The notes below the pieces were generated by a model that was given only the letters and a program-made list of their open reading frames with translations, made no database searches and was not told the origin of the DNA. Source: Haloquadratum walsbyi C23 (GTDB lineage: Archaea > Halobacteriota > Halobacteria > Halobacteriales > Haloferacaceae). From it: a stretch of DNA of 32,000 nt. A program made the translations under genes and the position numbers. Location of the stretch: positions 1,350,001-1,382,000 of the forward strand of contig NC_017459.1 in the NCBI RefSeq assembly GCF_000237865.1. Reading direction: 5' to 3'. Position 1 is the first letter of the stretch, and every line of letters begins with the position of its first letter. This document shows, one piece after another, positions 19,657 to 26,806 of the stretch.

Positions 19657-20001
19657 ATGACAGAGCGACATCTCAGAGCCGTTCTGGCAGAAGCGGAGCG
19701 GGTCGCAGAGCATTACGACCAGGTCGCCAAAGCCAAGGGCTCTCCTGCACACGAGTATCTCCGGTATGCCGTACTCCGACTCCTCGAAGGCGATGCCAAC
19801 TCGATTCCCGAGGAGGTCCCGCAGCTCGATGGCGTGACGGTCGGATACGGCCGGGATCAAGCGATGTACGACAGCTGGGGGTCCGACGTCGAGTGGTGGG
19901 ACACAGTACCGCCACAGGACGACTGTACGCGCTTTCGAGTGTTCTACCCGGAGGACCGCCTCGCGGACCGACCGGATAGAAAGCAGCGTGAGCAGGCGTG
20001 A
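19657..20001 (+). CDS. Hypothetical acidic protein (114 aa)
   Basis: The codon usage is GC3-rich and the composition is acidic and halophile-like. It is preceded by IR copy 1. No motif was recognised. Confidence 0.5.
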   Translation: MTERHLRAVLAEAERVAEHYDQVAKAKGSPAHEYLRYAVLRLLEGDANSIPEEVPQLDGVTVGYGRDQAMYDSWGSDVEWWDTVPPQDDCTRFRVFYPEDRLADRPDRKQREQA

Positions 20002-20399
20002 ATCGGACAAGTTCGTCGCCGGTCGACGACGTCGGGCAGCGGTTCCAGAAGCGGGCGGCGAGCGTGAATCCGATGGCTGACCCTGAGCGAGACGATCCTC
20101 GTGCAGGACTCACGCAGGAGCAGTTGGCGGCGGTGAACAGGCAGTCGATGCGGTTGGCGAAGAAGCTGGACGGCTGGTCGCGAGCGGCGATTACTTGGCG
20201 GCTGGGTGAAGCCGTTGTCGGTGGAAAAGATCTGATGAGCGCGGACGACGTGGCTATCATTCGGACTCATGACACTCATCACCGGTCTCGTGATCTGGCT
20301 CTGACAGACCGAAGGAAGAGAGCTTCCCCGCTATGGAGCGTACCCTCCGTGCCGCAACGAGTACACATCAGTCCGCAAGTGACTCGAGTTTCTGAATGA
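19998..20399 (+). CDS. Hypothetical protein (133 aa; alternative ATG at 20073)
   Basis: It overlaps the upstream stop (GTGA). The central part (LTQEQLAAVNRQSMRLAKKLDGW) looks like protein, but the C-terminus is basic and overlaps the convergent PIN gene by 32 nt, so the true end is uncertain. Confidence 0.35.
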   Translation: MNRTSSSPVDDVGQRFQKRAASVNPMADPERDDPRAGLTQEQLAAVNRQSMRLAKKLDGWSRAAITWRLGEAVVGGKDLMSADDVAIIRTHDTHHRSRDLALTDRRKRASPLWSVPSVPQRVHISPQVTRVSE

Positions 20400-20886
20400 T
20401 CTTCGTATAGACGTCAGGGGCGCAGTACCAGCCCTCGTCGATCATCGCATCAATCATGGTTCGGGCATCGTCGACACTGATCGCCCCCTCGCTAGCGAGT
20501 TTCAGCACGAGATATGCCGTCCCCCGGGTTGTGATTCCCTCGGCCGCTGCAACGTCACGCCCGTACGTCTCATCCATCACGGCCACACCATCATGTGCGT
20601 CGGCGCAGGTGAGGACAGCGACATCGGCGTCGCTGAGGTTGCTATTATCCTGGAGGCGGGACAGCAGCGGGGTGGTCTCAACTGACACGATGTCAAACCT
20701 GTCGGCATCGACGCTGCGCTCGATGCGACGGGCGTCCGGATATCCCTGCTCGAGACCAGTTTCGACGACCTCCTCGTAGACGCGCTCCGGGAGTGCGCAC
20801 GACCCATCGAGTTGCTGAACAAGCGCGAGACGGTCGACTTTCGCGAGGTAGATGAGCGGTGTGGCGTCGAAGACCCATGCCCACAT
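20368..20886 (-). CDS. PIN-domain protein (DUF3368/COG2405-like), putative toxin
   Basis: The N-terminus VFDATPLIYLAKVDRLALV and the later LSDADVAVLTCA...VAVMDE provide the acidic PIN residues. It lies immediately downstream of the UPF0175-like gene. Confidence 0.75.
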   Translation of the reverse strand: MWAWVFDATPLIYLAKVDRLALVQQLDGSCALPERVYEEVVETGLEQGYPDARRIERSVDADRFDIVSVETTPLLSRLQDNSNLSDADVAVLTCADAHDGVAVMDETYGRDVAAAEGITTRGTAYLVLKLASEGAISVDDARTMIDAMIDEGWYCAPDVYTKIIQKLESLAD

Positions 20887-21177
20887 TCACAGCGCCTCGA
20901 GATCTGCGTCGAGATGGTCGTCCGCCACCCAAGTGATATCACGCTCTTTGGCGAGTTGTGCAAAGTCCCAGACGGACATCCCTGCCAGCTCAGCCGCCTT
21001 GCTAAACGTGACGGTACCTGCCGCAAGCTGGTCGAGTGCCCGTTCGCGACGCCACTCCTCGAGCCCCTCGGAGAGGAGTTTCCGAACGGCCGTACTCCGG
21101 TCGAGCTTCTCGTCTTCGAGATACGCCTCGAGCTCGGCCTCCAACTCGTCGGGCACGCGTGTCGAGATCGTTCCCAT
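20887..21177 (-). CDS. UPF0175-family antitoxin-like protein (96 aa)
   Basis: The pattern ...DRSTAVRKLLSEGLEEWRRERALDQLAAGTVTFSKAAELAGMSVWDFAQLAKERDI is the typical UPF0175 (COG2886) pattern. It abuts the PIN gene with no gap. Confidence 0.75.
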   Translation of the reverse strand: MGTISTRVPDELEAELEAYLEDEKLDRSTAVRKLLSEGLEEWRRERALDQLAAGTVTFSKAAELAGMSVWDFAQLAKERDITWVADDHLDADLEAL

Positions 21178-21291
21178 ACTGTTTACTTCGTGTGCAATGT
21201 ATACAAACGCTTCGGGGCTTCCGGTAGAGTGGCTCCGGTGTGGTGAAGCAGGCCCACAGTCACTGAAAGAGGGCGGGAGGATACGAAAATA

Positions 21292-21332
21292 CTAACCAAT
21301 AGATCCGGAAGATCTCGGCGATTGTTGGTTAA
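21292..21332. promoter_or_regulatory. 41-bp inverted-repeat element, copy 2 (cTAACCAAt-N23-GTTGGTTAA)
   Basis: It has the same 41-bp span. The right arm is perfect and the left arm matches 7 of 9. An AGATCT sits near the centre. It lies in the divergent intergenic region between 21177 (-) and 21419/21500 (+). Confidence 0.45.
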
Positions 21333-21499
21333 TATAGAGAGGACTCGAGTCAGTCATCCGGCTGTCGGCACGCTCCAGCCAGTATGTTTGTCTGCGTCCC
21401 CAGAACGCCCGTGTTCTGGTGTGCGAACGAGACGCTCGCGTCTCGTCAACGCCGGAGGGCGTGAGGCGCGCTCGAAGCACGTCCAGAGTGAGAGCTTCC

Positions 21500-21790
21500 A
21501 TGACTGGACCTGATATCCTCGACGACACGACGGACGACTACGAACGACTCGAAACCGAACTCGTTGCCCAGGACCGGGATGTGGCCTGGGTCTCAACAGC
21601 GGACGTCGACGAGCGGAGTGCCCGCCGTCTCGTTGATGAACTCATCGAGGACGATGTGGTGACACCGGTCCCTGACCAGCGGATCCTCGTTCACGAGCCG
21701 AGTGGCGCAGCATTCGACTCGATCACCCATCTCGCCGCCTTCCATCGCGGCTGGCATGCCGCCACCGACGCCGACGCGGAGGACAACTGA
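21500..21790 (+). CDS. Hypothetical acidic protein (96 aa from ATG 21500; GTG 21419 also possible)
   Basis: The protein is strongly acidic. Its stop overlaps the ATG of the zinc-finger gene (TGATG). Confidence 0.5.
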   Translation: MTGPDILDDTTDDYERLETELVAQDRDVAWVSTADVDERSARRLVDELIEDDVVTPVPDQRILVHEPSGAAFDSITHLAAFHRGWHAATDADAEDN

Positions 21791-22125
21791 TGCAACAGAC
21801 GCTCTCCGGGTGTGCGTTCTGCGATTCACCGCCTGGGTCACAGATGGGCGAGGCGCATACGTGGGGGAAAGACGAACGGGTGACACACCCGATCTGTGTC
21901 GACTGTGCCGTCCAAGATCGGCCGGATCCCGAGGAGCGCGACCACCACACCTGCGACGGGTGTGGGCTCGTCGTCGACGCCCTCGCAGCACTCACGCGCT
22001 TCCGTGTGGAACTCGGTCATCTCGAGGGGCCGCTCCAGTTCTGTGCGCGATGTAATCCCGGCGGACTTGCAACGTACTGGACGCGCGACCTCGAGGAGCA
22101 TCTTGTCCAAGAGGTCAGCGAATAA
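21790..22125 (+). CDS. Small cysteine-rich protein with four CxxC pairs (two predicted zinc ribbons)
   Basis: The four pairs are CAFC, CVDC, CDGC and CARC. It is coupled to the upstream ORF. A 3' paralogous remnant lies at 16612-16774. Confidence 0.6.
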   Translation: MQQTLSGCAFCDSPPGSQMGEAHTWGKDERVTHPICVDCAVQDRPDPEERDHHTCDGCGLVVDALAALTRFRVELGHLEGPLQFCARCNPGGLATYWTRDLEEHLVQEVSE

Positions 22126-22179
22126 AGGGGACAGGCGATGTCCGTACGTCACCCCTCGGAACAAGGGCTGAGCCCGTCA

Positions 22180-22187
22180 TTTAAATA
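22180..22187 (+). promoter_or_regulatory. TATA-box-like TTTAAATA about 26 nt upstream of ATG 22210 (leaderless-type promoter)
   Basis: An AT-rich octamer sits in an otherwise GC-rich spacer at the distance usual for archaeal leaderless transcripts. Confidence 0.4.
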
Positions 22188-22209
22188 TTTGTAGCACGAT
22201 GGTACTACT

Positions 22210-22542
22210 ATGAAATACGCGAGTGTCAGCGTCAAGTTCCCGGTCGAACTCGACACCGAAATCGAGCGATTCCTCGATGAAACGGGGATCTACACGAATA
22301 AGAGCGAGTTCATCAAGGAAGCATGCCGATCCCATCTCCGAGAACTCAATGACGACACGGCGATCGCCGCGCTTCGGCTCGAGCAATTGCTGGCGCAGGC
22401 CGAGCAGAGCCGCCAGTCCGATAGCGATATCGACGCAGAGCTCGCAGCACTCGGAGAGAAAGTCGATGCGGACGACCTCGAACAGGCCGTCGAAGAGGCA
22501 CGGAAAGAGACGTCCGAGCAGGTGTACGGGTCTGACGCGTGA
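22210..22542 (+). CDS. Ribbon-helix-helix (CopG-like) antitoxin
   Basis: The N-terminus VSVKFPVELDTEIERFLDETGIYTNKSEFIKEACRSHL shows the RHH pattern. Its stop overlaps the start of the PIN ORF (GTGA). Confidence 0.7.
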   Translation: MKYASVSVKFPVELDTEIERFLDETGIYTNKSEFIKEACRSHLRELNDDTAIAALRLEQLLAQAEQSRQSDSDIDAELAALGEKVDADDLEQAVEEARKETSEQVYGSDA

Positions 22543-23007
22543 AGATCCTCGATACGAATCTGTGGGTCTTCGGGACACTGCGAACCAACGAGCAGGCCGC
22601 TGAATTGCTTGCTGAAATCGACCGCGGTGAGACAACGTCTGCTATCAACGCGTACATGGTCAAAGAAGCGCTGGCCGCATTCGACCGGACACAGAGTCTC
22701 TCTGCGGCGGACCGTGATACCGTCAAAACGAGGTTTCTGACGCGACTGACGCGAATGACAGGGCTCATCGAGGCGCCGTCGAGTCGTGATGTGAGCGACG
22801 CACTCCTGCGAGAGCAGCGATCAGCTCCGACCGTGCAGACGCTCGCTCGCGTCTGTGAGATCCAGCCGAAAGGACGTTCCAATCCTCGTGCTAGCGTTTG
22901 AGCACCGTGACCACGAACCGACGATTCTCACAAACGACGAATCCTTCGCCGAGCTGGAGCCAGCAGCGCACTTACTCCCTGAAATCACCATCGAACACGT
23001 TTCCTGA
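22539..23007 (+). pseudogene. vapC: VapC-like PIN-domain toxin gene with a +1 frameshift near 22870
   Basis: It starts KILDTNLWVF (PIN Asp). The listed ORF ends at 22901, but the next frame continues DVPILVLAFEHRDHEPTILTNDESFAEL... to the TGA at 23005-23007. That restores the C-terminal PIN motif (TND). Confidence 0.65.
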
Positions 23008-23106
23008 CGGCGCCCAATCTCGCTACGGCAGCGCCTCCTCGACGACCATGTGATTGTTTGACTCGGACGCCATATATTGAAAGCGACGGCGGTATTCGGT
23101 ATCGAT

Positions 23107-23463
23107 ATGAAGTGCCCTGCGTGTGGCGGCCCTGTCACGATGGAAGTGGGGCCAGACCATCCACTCTCAGCATCAGTGGCGGATGCACTGCTTGCTGCTG
23201 ACGAAGACGAGCAGATCGTCGTCGCCCGGAATTGCTGGGCGTGTGGATGGAGTGAGGAGCGGTCGGTGTCTATTGACTCGATCGAGACAACCGAGGGAGA
23301 CACCCACGTTGTCGAACGAGCCGCACTTCTCGACGACATTATGAGCGAGGCCACGGCGATTGATGACCTCGCGACGCTCGAAGACGCCCTCGCCGAGGTT
23401 CGCCGTCAGCGCCGTCTCGAGACTGCTGCGTCTGGCTCAGCTGACGACGTCGACGGTGAATAG
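23107..23463 (+). CDS. Zinc-ribbon protein (CPAC...CWAC), about 118 aa
   Basis: MKCPACGGPV...NCWACGW is followed by an acidic C-terminal half. The TATA-like ATATATT at 23072-23078 lies about 30 nt upstream of ATG 23107, so I prefer this start to the TTG at 23077. Confidence 0.5.
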   Translation: MKCPACGGPVTMEVGPDHPLSASVADALLAADEDEQIVVARNCWACGWSEERSVSIDSIETTEGDTHVVERAALLDDIMSEATAIDDLATLEDALAEVRRQRRLETAASGSADDVDGE

Positions 23464-23472
23464 GTGCTACCC

Positions 23473-23802
23473 ATGACCGAGACCGATGCTCTCTACGAGG
23501 TTCGAGAACAGACGGGGAATCCAGCCCACGCGTCGGTCGACGACGTGACCACACTTGTCCTTGAGCGAGCACGGGACCCGCGTGAGAACCACCACAACGC
23601 ACACTTCGACGAGGCGATGGCTGCTGTCGTTGATCGATATGGTGCAGAGGCGGTCAGAACTGTCATCCATCGTGTACTTGTTGAGCACTATCCGTTTCGG
23701 ACAGCCACGGTCACCCTCGATATGCGCAATTTCGATGATGTTCGAATTGGCACGACGGCTGTCTGGACCCTTCGGGAGTTGAACGCACAGGGAGACGACT
23801 GA
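23473..23802 (+). CDS. Hypothetical protein (about 109 aa)
   Basis: It is acidic and GC3-rich, and follows the previous stop directly. No motif was recognised. Confidence 0.45.
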   Translation: MTETDALYEVREQTGNPAHASVDDVTTLVLERARDPRENHHNAHFDEAMAAVVDRYGAEAVRTVIHRVLVEHYPFRTATVTLDMRNFDDVRIGTTAVWTLRELNAQGDD

Positions 23803-24507
23803 GATGCGTCTCGTGAAAGCCCTCGGCCGCTTGGCATCCCGCGCCCCACGCTGTGCTCCTCGTTCCTGTGGTGCTAGCGGGGTCGGGGGACGACCGAGGC
23901 GGCCTCGCCCTTTCTGAGTCCGCCAGGATGTCGGCTGTGTCACTAACCGTCGGTCCCGGTTGACCAGTGGTTCTCTACGGCCCGCCCCGCTCGCCGCGTT
24001 CCGCCCTCCGCGTCGCTCGCGACCGACCATTCCGGGCGTGCGGGCGCTCTCCGCACCGCCCGCGCCCGTTCCGGGCTGAAATGGATGTGCCCTCGGCGCC
24101 AGCGGGTATCCCCGTCGGTTGCGCCCCTTGCGGGCTTTCGCGTTCCAGCGCTTGGTGCCGCCTGCGCTGTCGCGCGCCACACCGCGGCGCGCGTTCTCGG
24201 CGACAGTCGCCCTGGACACGACCCCGCACATCGGGCCGGACACGAGCGGGCATATCCCGCTGACCGCTCGCTCCAGGCGGGTCGGCGCGCGGTGCTGGAT
24301 GGTCGTCCGCCTCGGGCGCGCTCTCGCTTGCGCCCACAGGGCGCTCGCGAAGGCGCGAGTGTGGTCGGGAGACTAAGCATCGATTCCGCGAATTCGAGGC
24401 TGTCCCCGATGACGAGGGGACCGGGCAGCCCATGTGGGAGTGTCAGCGGTGCGGGACACCGCGCTATGGGGTCGAACCCGAAGCCGGTCAATAGAGACGG
24501 TGTCAGT
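23803..24507. other. Very GC-rich ORF-free segment with multiple strong hairpins
   Basis: All six frames give Arg/Pro/Ala-rich, non-acidic translations, unlike every credible protein here. Example hairpins are CGCGCGCC-N7-GGCGCGCG (24171-24193) and CTCGCG-AAGG-CGCGAG (24344-24359). Confidence 0.4.
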
Positions 24508-24548
24508 TTAACCAACGAACCCTGATATCGATTCGTTCTGTTGGTTAA
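24508..24548. promoter_or_regulatory. 41-bp inverted-repeat element, copy 3 (TTAACCAAC-N23-GTTGGTTAA)
   Basis: The 9-bp arms are perfect and extend to about 13 bp with one bulge. A GATATC sits near the centre. The element lies 87 nt upstream of the ATG at 24636. Confidence 0.5.
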
Positions 24549-24635
24549 CTGGAGGCCAATTCGTGATCACTCCCGGACCGTCCCGCTGACTGCCCACCGG
24601 TGTTTTTCGCGCCGTAATTTGGCGGAGGCGCACAC

Positions 24636-24824
24636 ATGGACCCACGAGACACCCCCGGTTATCGACTCCACCGCGCGCTCAGCAGCCTCACCAGTATCGA
24701 CATCGACCAATTGGAGCCCGCTGATCAGGAGCGAATTAGCACCGCGACGACGCTCCTCGAGCAGGTGGATGTTCTCACCCAACCGAATACGACGAGGGAC
24801 GGTGACATCCACGGAGAATCCTGA
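24636..24824 (+). CDS. Hypothetical small acidic protein (62 aa)
   Basis: GGAGG lies 7 nt upstream of the ATG. It is preceded by IR copy 3 and the conserved leader box. Confidence 0.4.
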   Translation: MDPRDTPGYRLHRALSSLTSIDIDQLEPADQERISTATTLLEQVDVLTQPNTTRDGDIHGES

Positions 24825-24875
24825 CAGCACGACGCGTCAGCAGTGCAGTGTCCTGTGGTCGTCACAGCGTGAGCG

Positions 24876-24901
24876 GTTGTTCGCCCCCTGAAGGGGTGCG
24901 G
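24876..24901 (+). repeat. Intergenic motif copy a: GTTGTTCGCCCCCTGAAGGGGTGCGG
   Basis: It is near-identical to 25312-25338 and contains a CCCC/GGGG mini-hairpin. It lies 30 nt upstream of ATG 24931. Confidence 0.5.
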
Positions 24902-24930
24902 GGGCGCGAGACCGCTCCCGAGAACAACCG

Positions 24931-25310
24931 ATGGCAACTCTCCCCGCAACGACATCGACCGGCGCGCTCGTATCGGATCCACAGGCAGTCCGCGAGCTCT
25001 GTGAGAACCACTGCTTCGGGACGCTCAACTGGAAGGTGGACGACGACAGCGAACTGATCATCTGGGGCTACGACAGCTTCGAAGTGTACGAGGCCCGTGA
25101 GAACACGGTCTTCCTGACTACGACGGTGGCATCGTCACCCACGAGTTCCTCCGGGCGCTCGTGGAGTATCTCGAACCGAACGAAGAATTCGACATCCAGA
25201 CAGCCGGATTTACCAAGTGCAAATTTCCCGTGCTGGCGAAACGGTACGTCGTCCGCGACGGTGAGGTGCTGTACGCGGACCTCAGTTCCCCCGACCCGAT
25301 CGACGAGTAG
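24931..25310 (+). pseudogene. Hypothetical protein gene with a frameshift near 25111
   Basis: The N-terminal part MATLPATTST...LIIWGYDSFEVYEARENTV continues sensibly only in the next frame (PDYDGGIVTHEFLRALVEYLEPNEEFDIQTAGFTKCKFPVLAKRYVVRDGEVLYADL...), ending at the TAG at 25308-25310. The listed frame turns Ser/Arg/Pro-rich. Confidence 0.55.
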
Positions 25311-25311
25311 C

Positions 25312-25338
25312 GTTGTTCGTCCCCCGGGAGGGGTGCGG
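25312..25338 (+). repeat. Intergenic motif copy b: GTTGTTCGTCCCCCGGGAGGGGTGCGG
   Basis: See copy a. It lies 41 nt upstream of ATG 25379. Confidence 0.5.
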
Positions 25339-25378
25339 TGCGATCCAGTCGTGGGTCGTCCTGCGAGGTGATTGTTCA

Positions 25379-25525
25379 ATGGGCCACCGCGCACTTGTTG
25401 CGTACGAACGAACCGACGGACAGTACACGCTCCATTACTCTCATTGGGGTGCATCAAATCTGAAGCTAAAGCACCGAATCTCGACTGAGTCGCCGTTCGG
25501 TGGCGAAGACACCGACTCCAAGTAG
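25379..25525 (+). pseudogene. Short 5' fragment of a conserved-looking gene (MGHRALVAYERTDGQYTLHYSHWGA...)
   Basis: The ORF has a good start and protein-like text but stops after 48 codons, directly before a convergent degraded gene. It is probably truncated. Confidence 0.4.
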
Positions 25526-25546
25526 GCGAAACAGCTGCTAGCGGAG

Positions 25547-26200
25547 TTAGCCGATGGTCTCGAGGCAGATGCCGTCGACGGCTACCTCGCCGTGCGTCTC
25601 AAGGTAGCGGAGCAAGGCGTTGATTTCGTCTTCGAGCCCATACTTCGCCGCCTGCTCTCGGAGGTCCGCCTCGTCGACGTCAACGTGGCTGAGCAGGAGG
25701 AGACAGTACGAGCGGTGGCGGCTGCCATCATCGATCAAGAGCGTGTGACAGCAGAGCTCCGCCCGCGAGACGGCATCGAGGTCCTCGGAGTAGACGTAGT
25801 AGTGGTGATCGGTAAGCAGGAACTGGAGGTCGAAGGCTGCGAGCCGAGCGAGACCGGTTTCGGGGAACGCCTCCGCGTTGATCTCCGTCTCGACCTGGGC
25901 GAGAGATCCGTCGTGGTCTTCCTAGAGAGTCATGCTTCTTGAGGCAACGGCTTCAATACGCTGGCGATGTATCTGATGCGTGAGTTCACGGGCGAACCTA
26001 TGAAGATGGTCGAAGTCGGCGTTGAAATCATAGTGACCGTCGACGGTCCCAACAAGACCCCGGTTGCGAAACCGTTTGAGGACGGTTGACCGTGTTGCGG
26101 TAGTTGTTGCTCCGGTCGGCAATCTCGGAGACAGTCCGCAGCTGGTCGAGGTAGTACAGTACCGCGAGTGTCTTGCCGGTCAGTAGCTCGGGGAAGTCAA
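25547..26200 (-). pseudogene. Winged-helix regulator-like gene with one in-frame TAG and one frameshift
   Basis: On the minus strand, LPELLTGKTLAVLYYLDQLRTVSEIADRSNNYRNTV is followed by a frameshift near 26075. The text then reads LKRFRNRGLVGTVDGHYDFNADFDHLHRFARELTHQIHRQRIEAVASRSMTL and reaches a TAG (25922-25924). The same frame then stays open for 125 further acidic codons to 25547. Confidence 0.55.
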
Positions 26201-26440
26201 TATGGGAGTGCTGACGAACGAGATGCTAGTAGCGTTCGACGGGACGAAAACATACGACCTGAATCCTCATTCTCATGCTCATTGATCTTTTTCCATGCCT
26301 TCGAGTTGATGCGATTCTTTGGGATGACTGAACCGTGCATCACTCTCATGACATACACAGCGTGTGGTGTCGGTGGCAACATACTATTCATCGGATGACG
26401 TGTGCGTTTCCGTGAGCTTATACCTGTGACTTGGATACAG

Positions 26441-26806
26441 ATGTCTGTAATGACGAAAGCAGCAGTCGTGATCCTTGCCGGAACGGAATCACACGCAGAC
26501 CACGGTCGGCTCGCAAACGGGCTTGAAGCGGCTAAGGAGTTCGCCGAAACCGATGGCGACGAGCTTGAAGTTGTTTTCGATGGCGCCGGAACACAGTGGA
26601 TTCCGGAACTCGAAGATAAAGATAGTGACTACCACGAACTCTATCAGGTGGTCAAGGCTGACTCCTCTGCTTGTGATTACTGCTCGGATGCTTTCGGTGT
26701 GACGGACGCTGTAGCTGACTCTGGTATCCAACTCGTCGGCGACCACGACGGTCACCCGAGCATCCGCTCGCTTGTCGACGACGACTATGAGATCATCACG
26801 TTCTGA
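26441..26806 (+). CDS. DsrE/DsrF-like family protein
   Basis: The pattern KAAVVILAGTESHADHGRLANGLEAAKEFAETDGDELEVVFDGAGTQW matches the DsrE-like fold pattern. Starts at ATG 26441 or 26450 are preferred to the listed GTG at 26402. Confidence 0.6.
   Translation: MSVMTKAAVVILAGTESHADHGRLANGLEAAKEFAETDGDELEVVFDGAGTQWIPELEDKDSDYHELYQVVKADSSACDYCSDAFGVTDAVADSGIQLVGDHDGHPSIRSLVDDDYEIITF

Noticed and set aside
18854-20260. Long minus-strand ORFs (231, 247 and 195 aa) across abiEii and the 19657 operon
   Set aside because: They are Arg/Pro/Ser-rich with GC-driven stop-codon scarcity. The sense strand carries clear AbiEii motifs and acidic proteins.
22346-23354. 177-178-aa minus-strand ORFs over the RHH-PIN and zinc-ribbon genes
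   Set aside because: They have the same GC-rich antisense artefact composition (Arg/Ser/Ala-rich), no motifs, and overlap better-supported + strand genes.
24466-24482. GGGGTCGAACCCGAAGCC, superficially like a tRNA T-arm
   Set aside because: There is no 7-nt T-loop, no acceptor, D or anticodon arms around it, and no CCA-proximal pairing. I found no tRNA in the window.
23467-24525. ORFs of 258, 190, 152 and 146 aa in the very GC-rich segment
   Set aside because: All are strongly basic Arg/Pro/Gly/Ala-rich and mutually overlapping on both strands, unlike any credible protein in the window. I treat them as non-coding or decayed sequence (see finding).
17840-25924. Pyrrolysine or programmed amber read-through as the explanation for the three in-frame TAGs
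   Set aside because: The same genes also carry truncations or frameshifts, and no pyl-type genes are visible. Decay is the simpler explanation, so this is kept only as a low-interest check.
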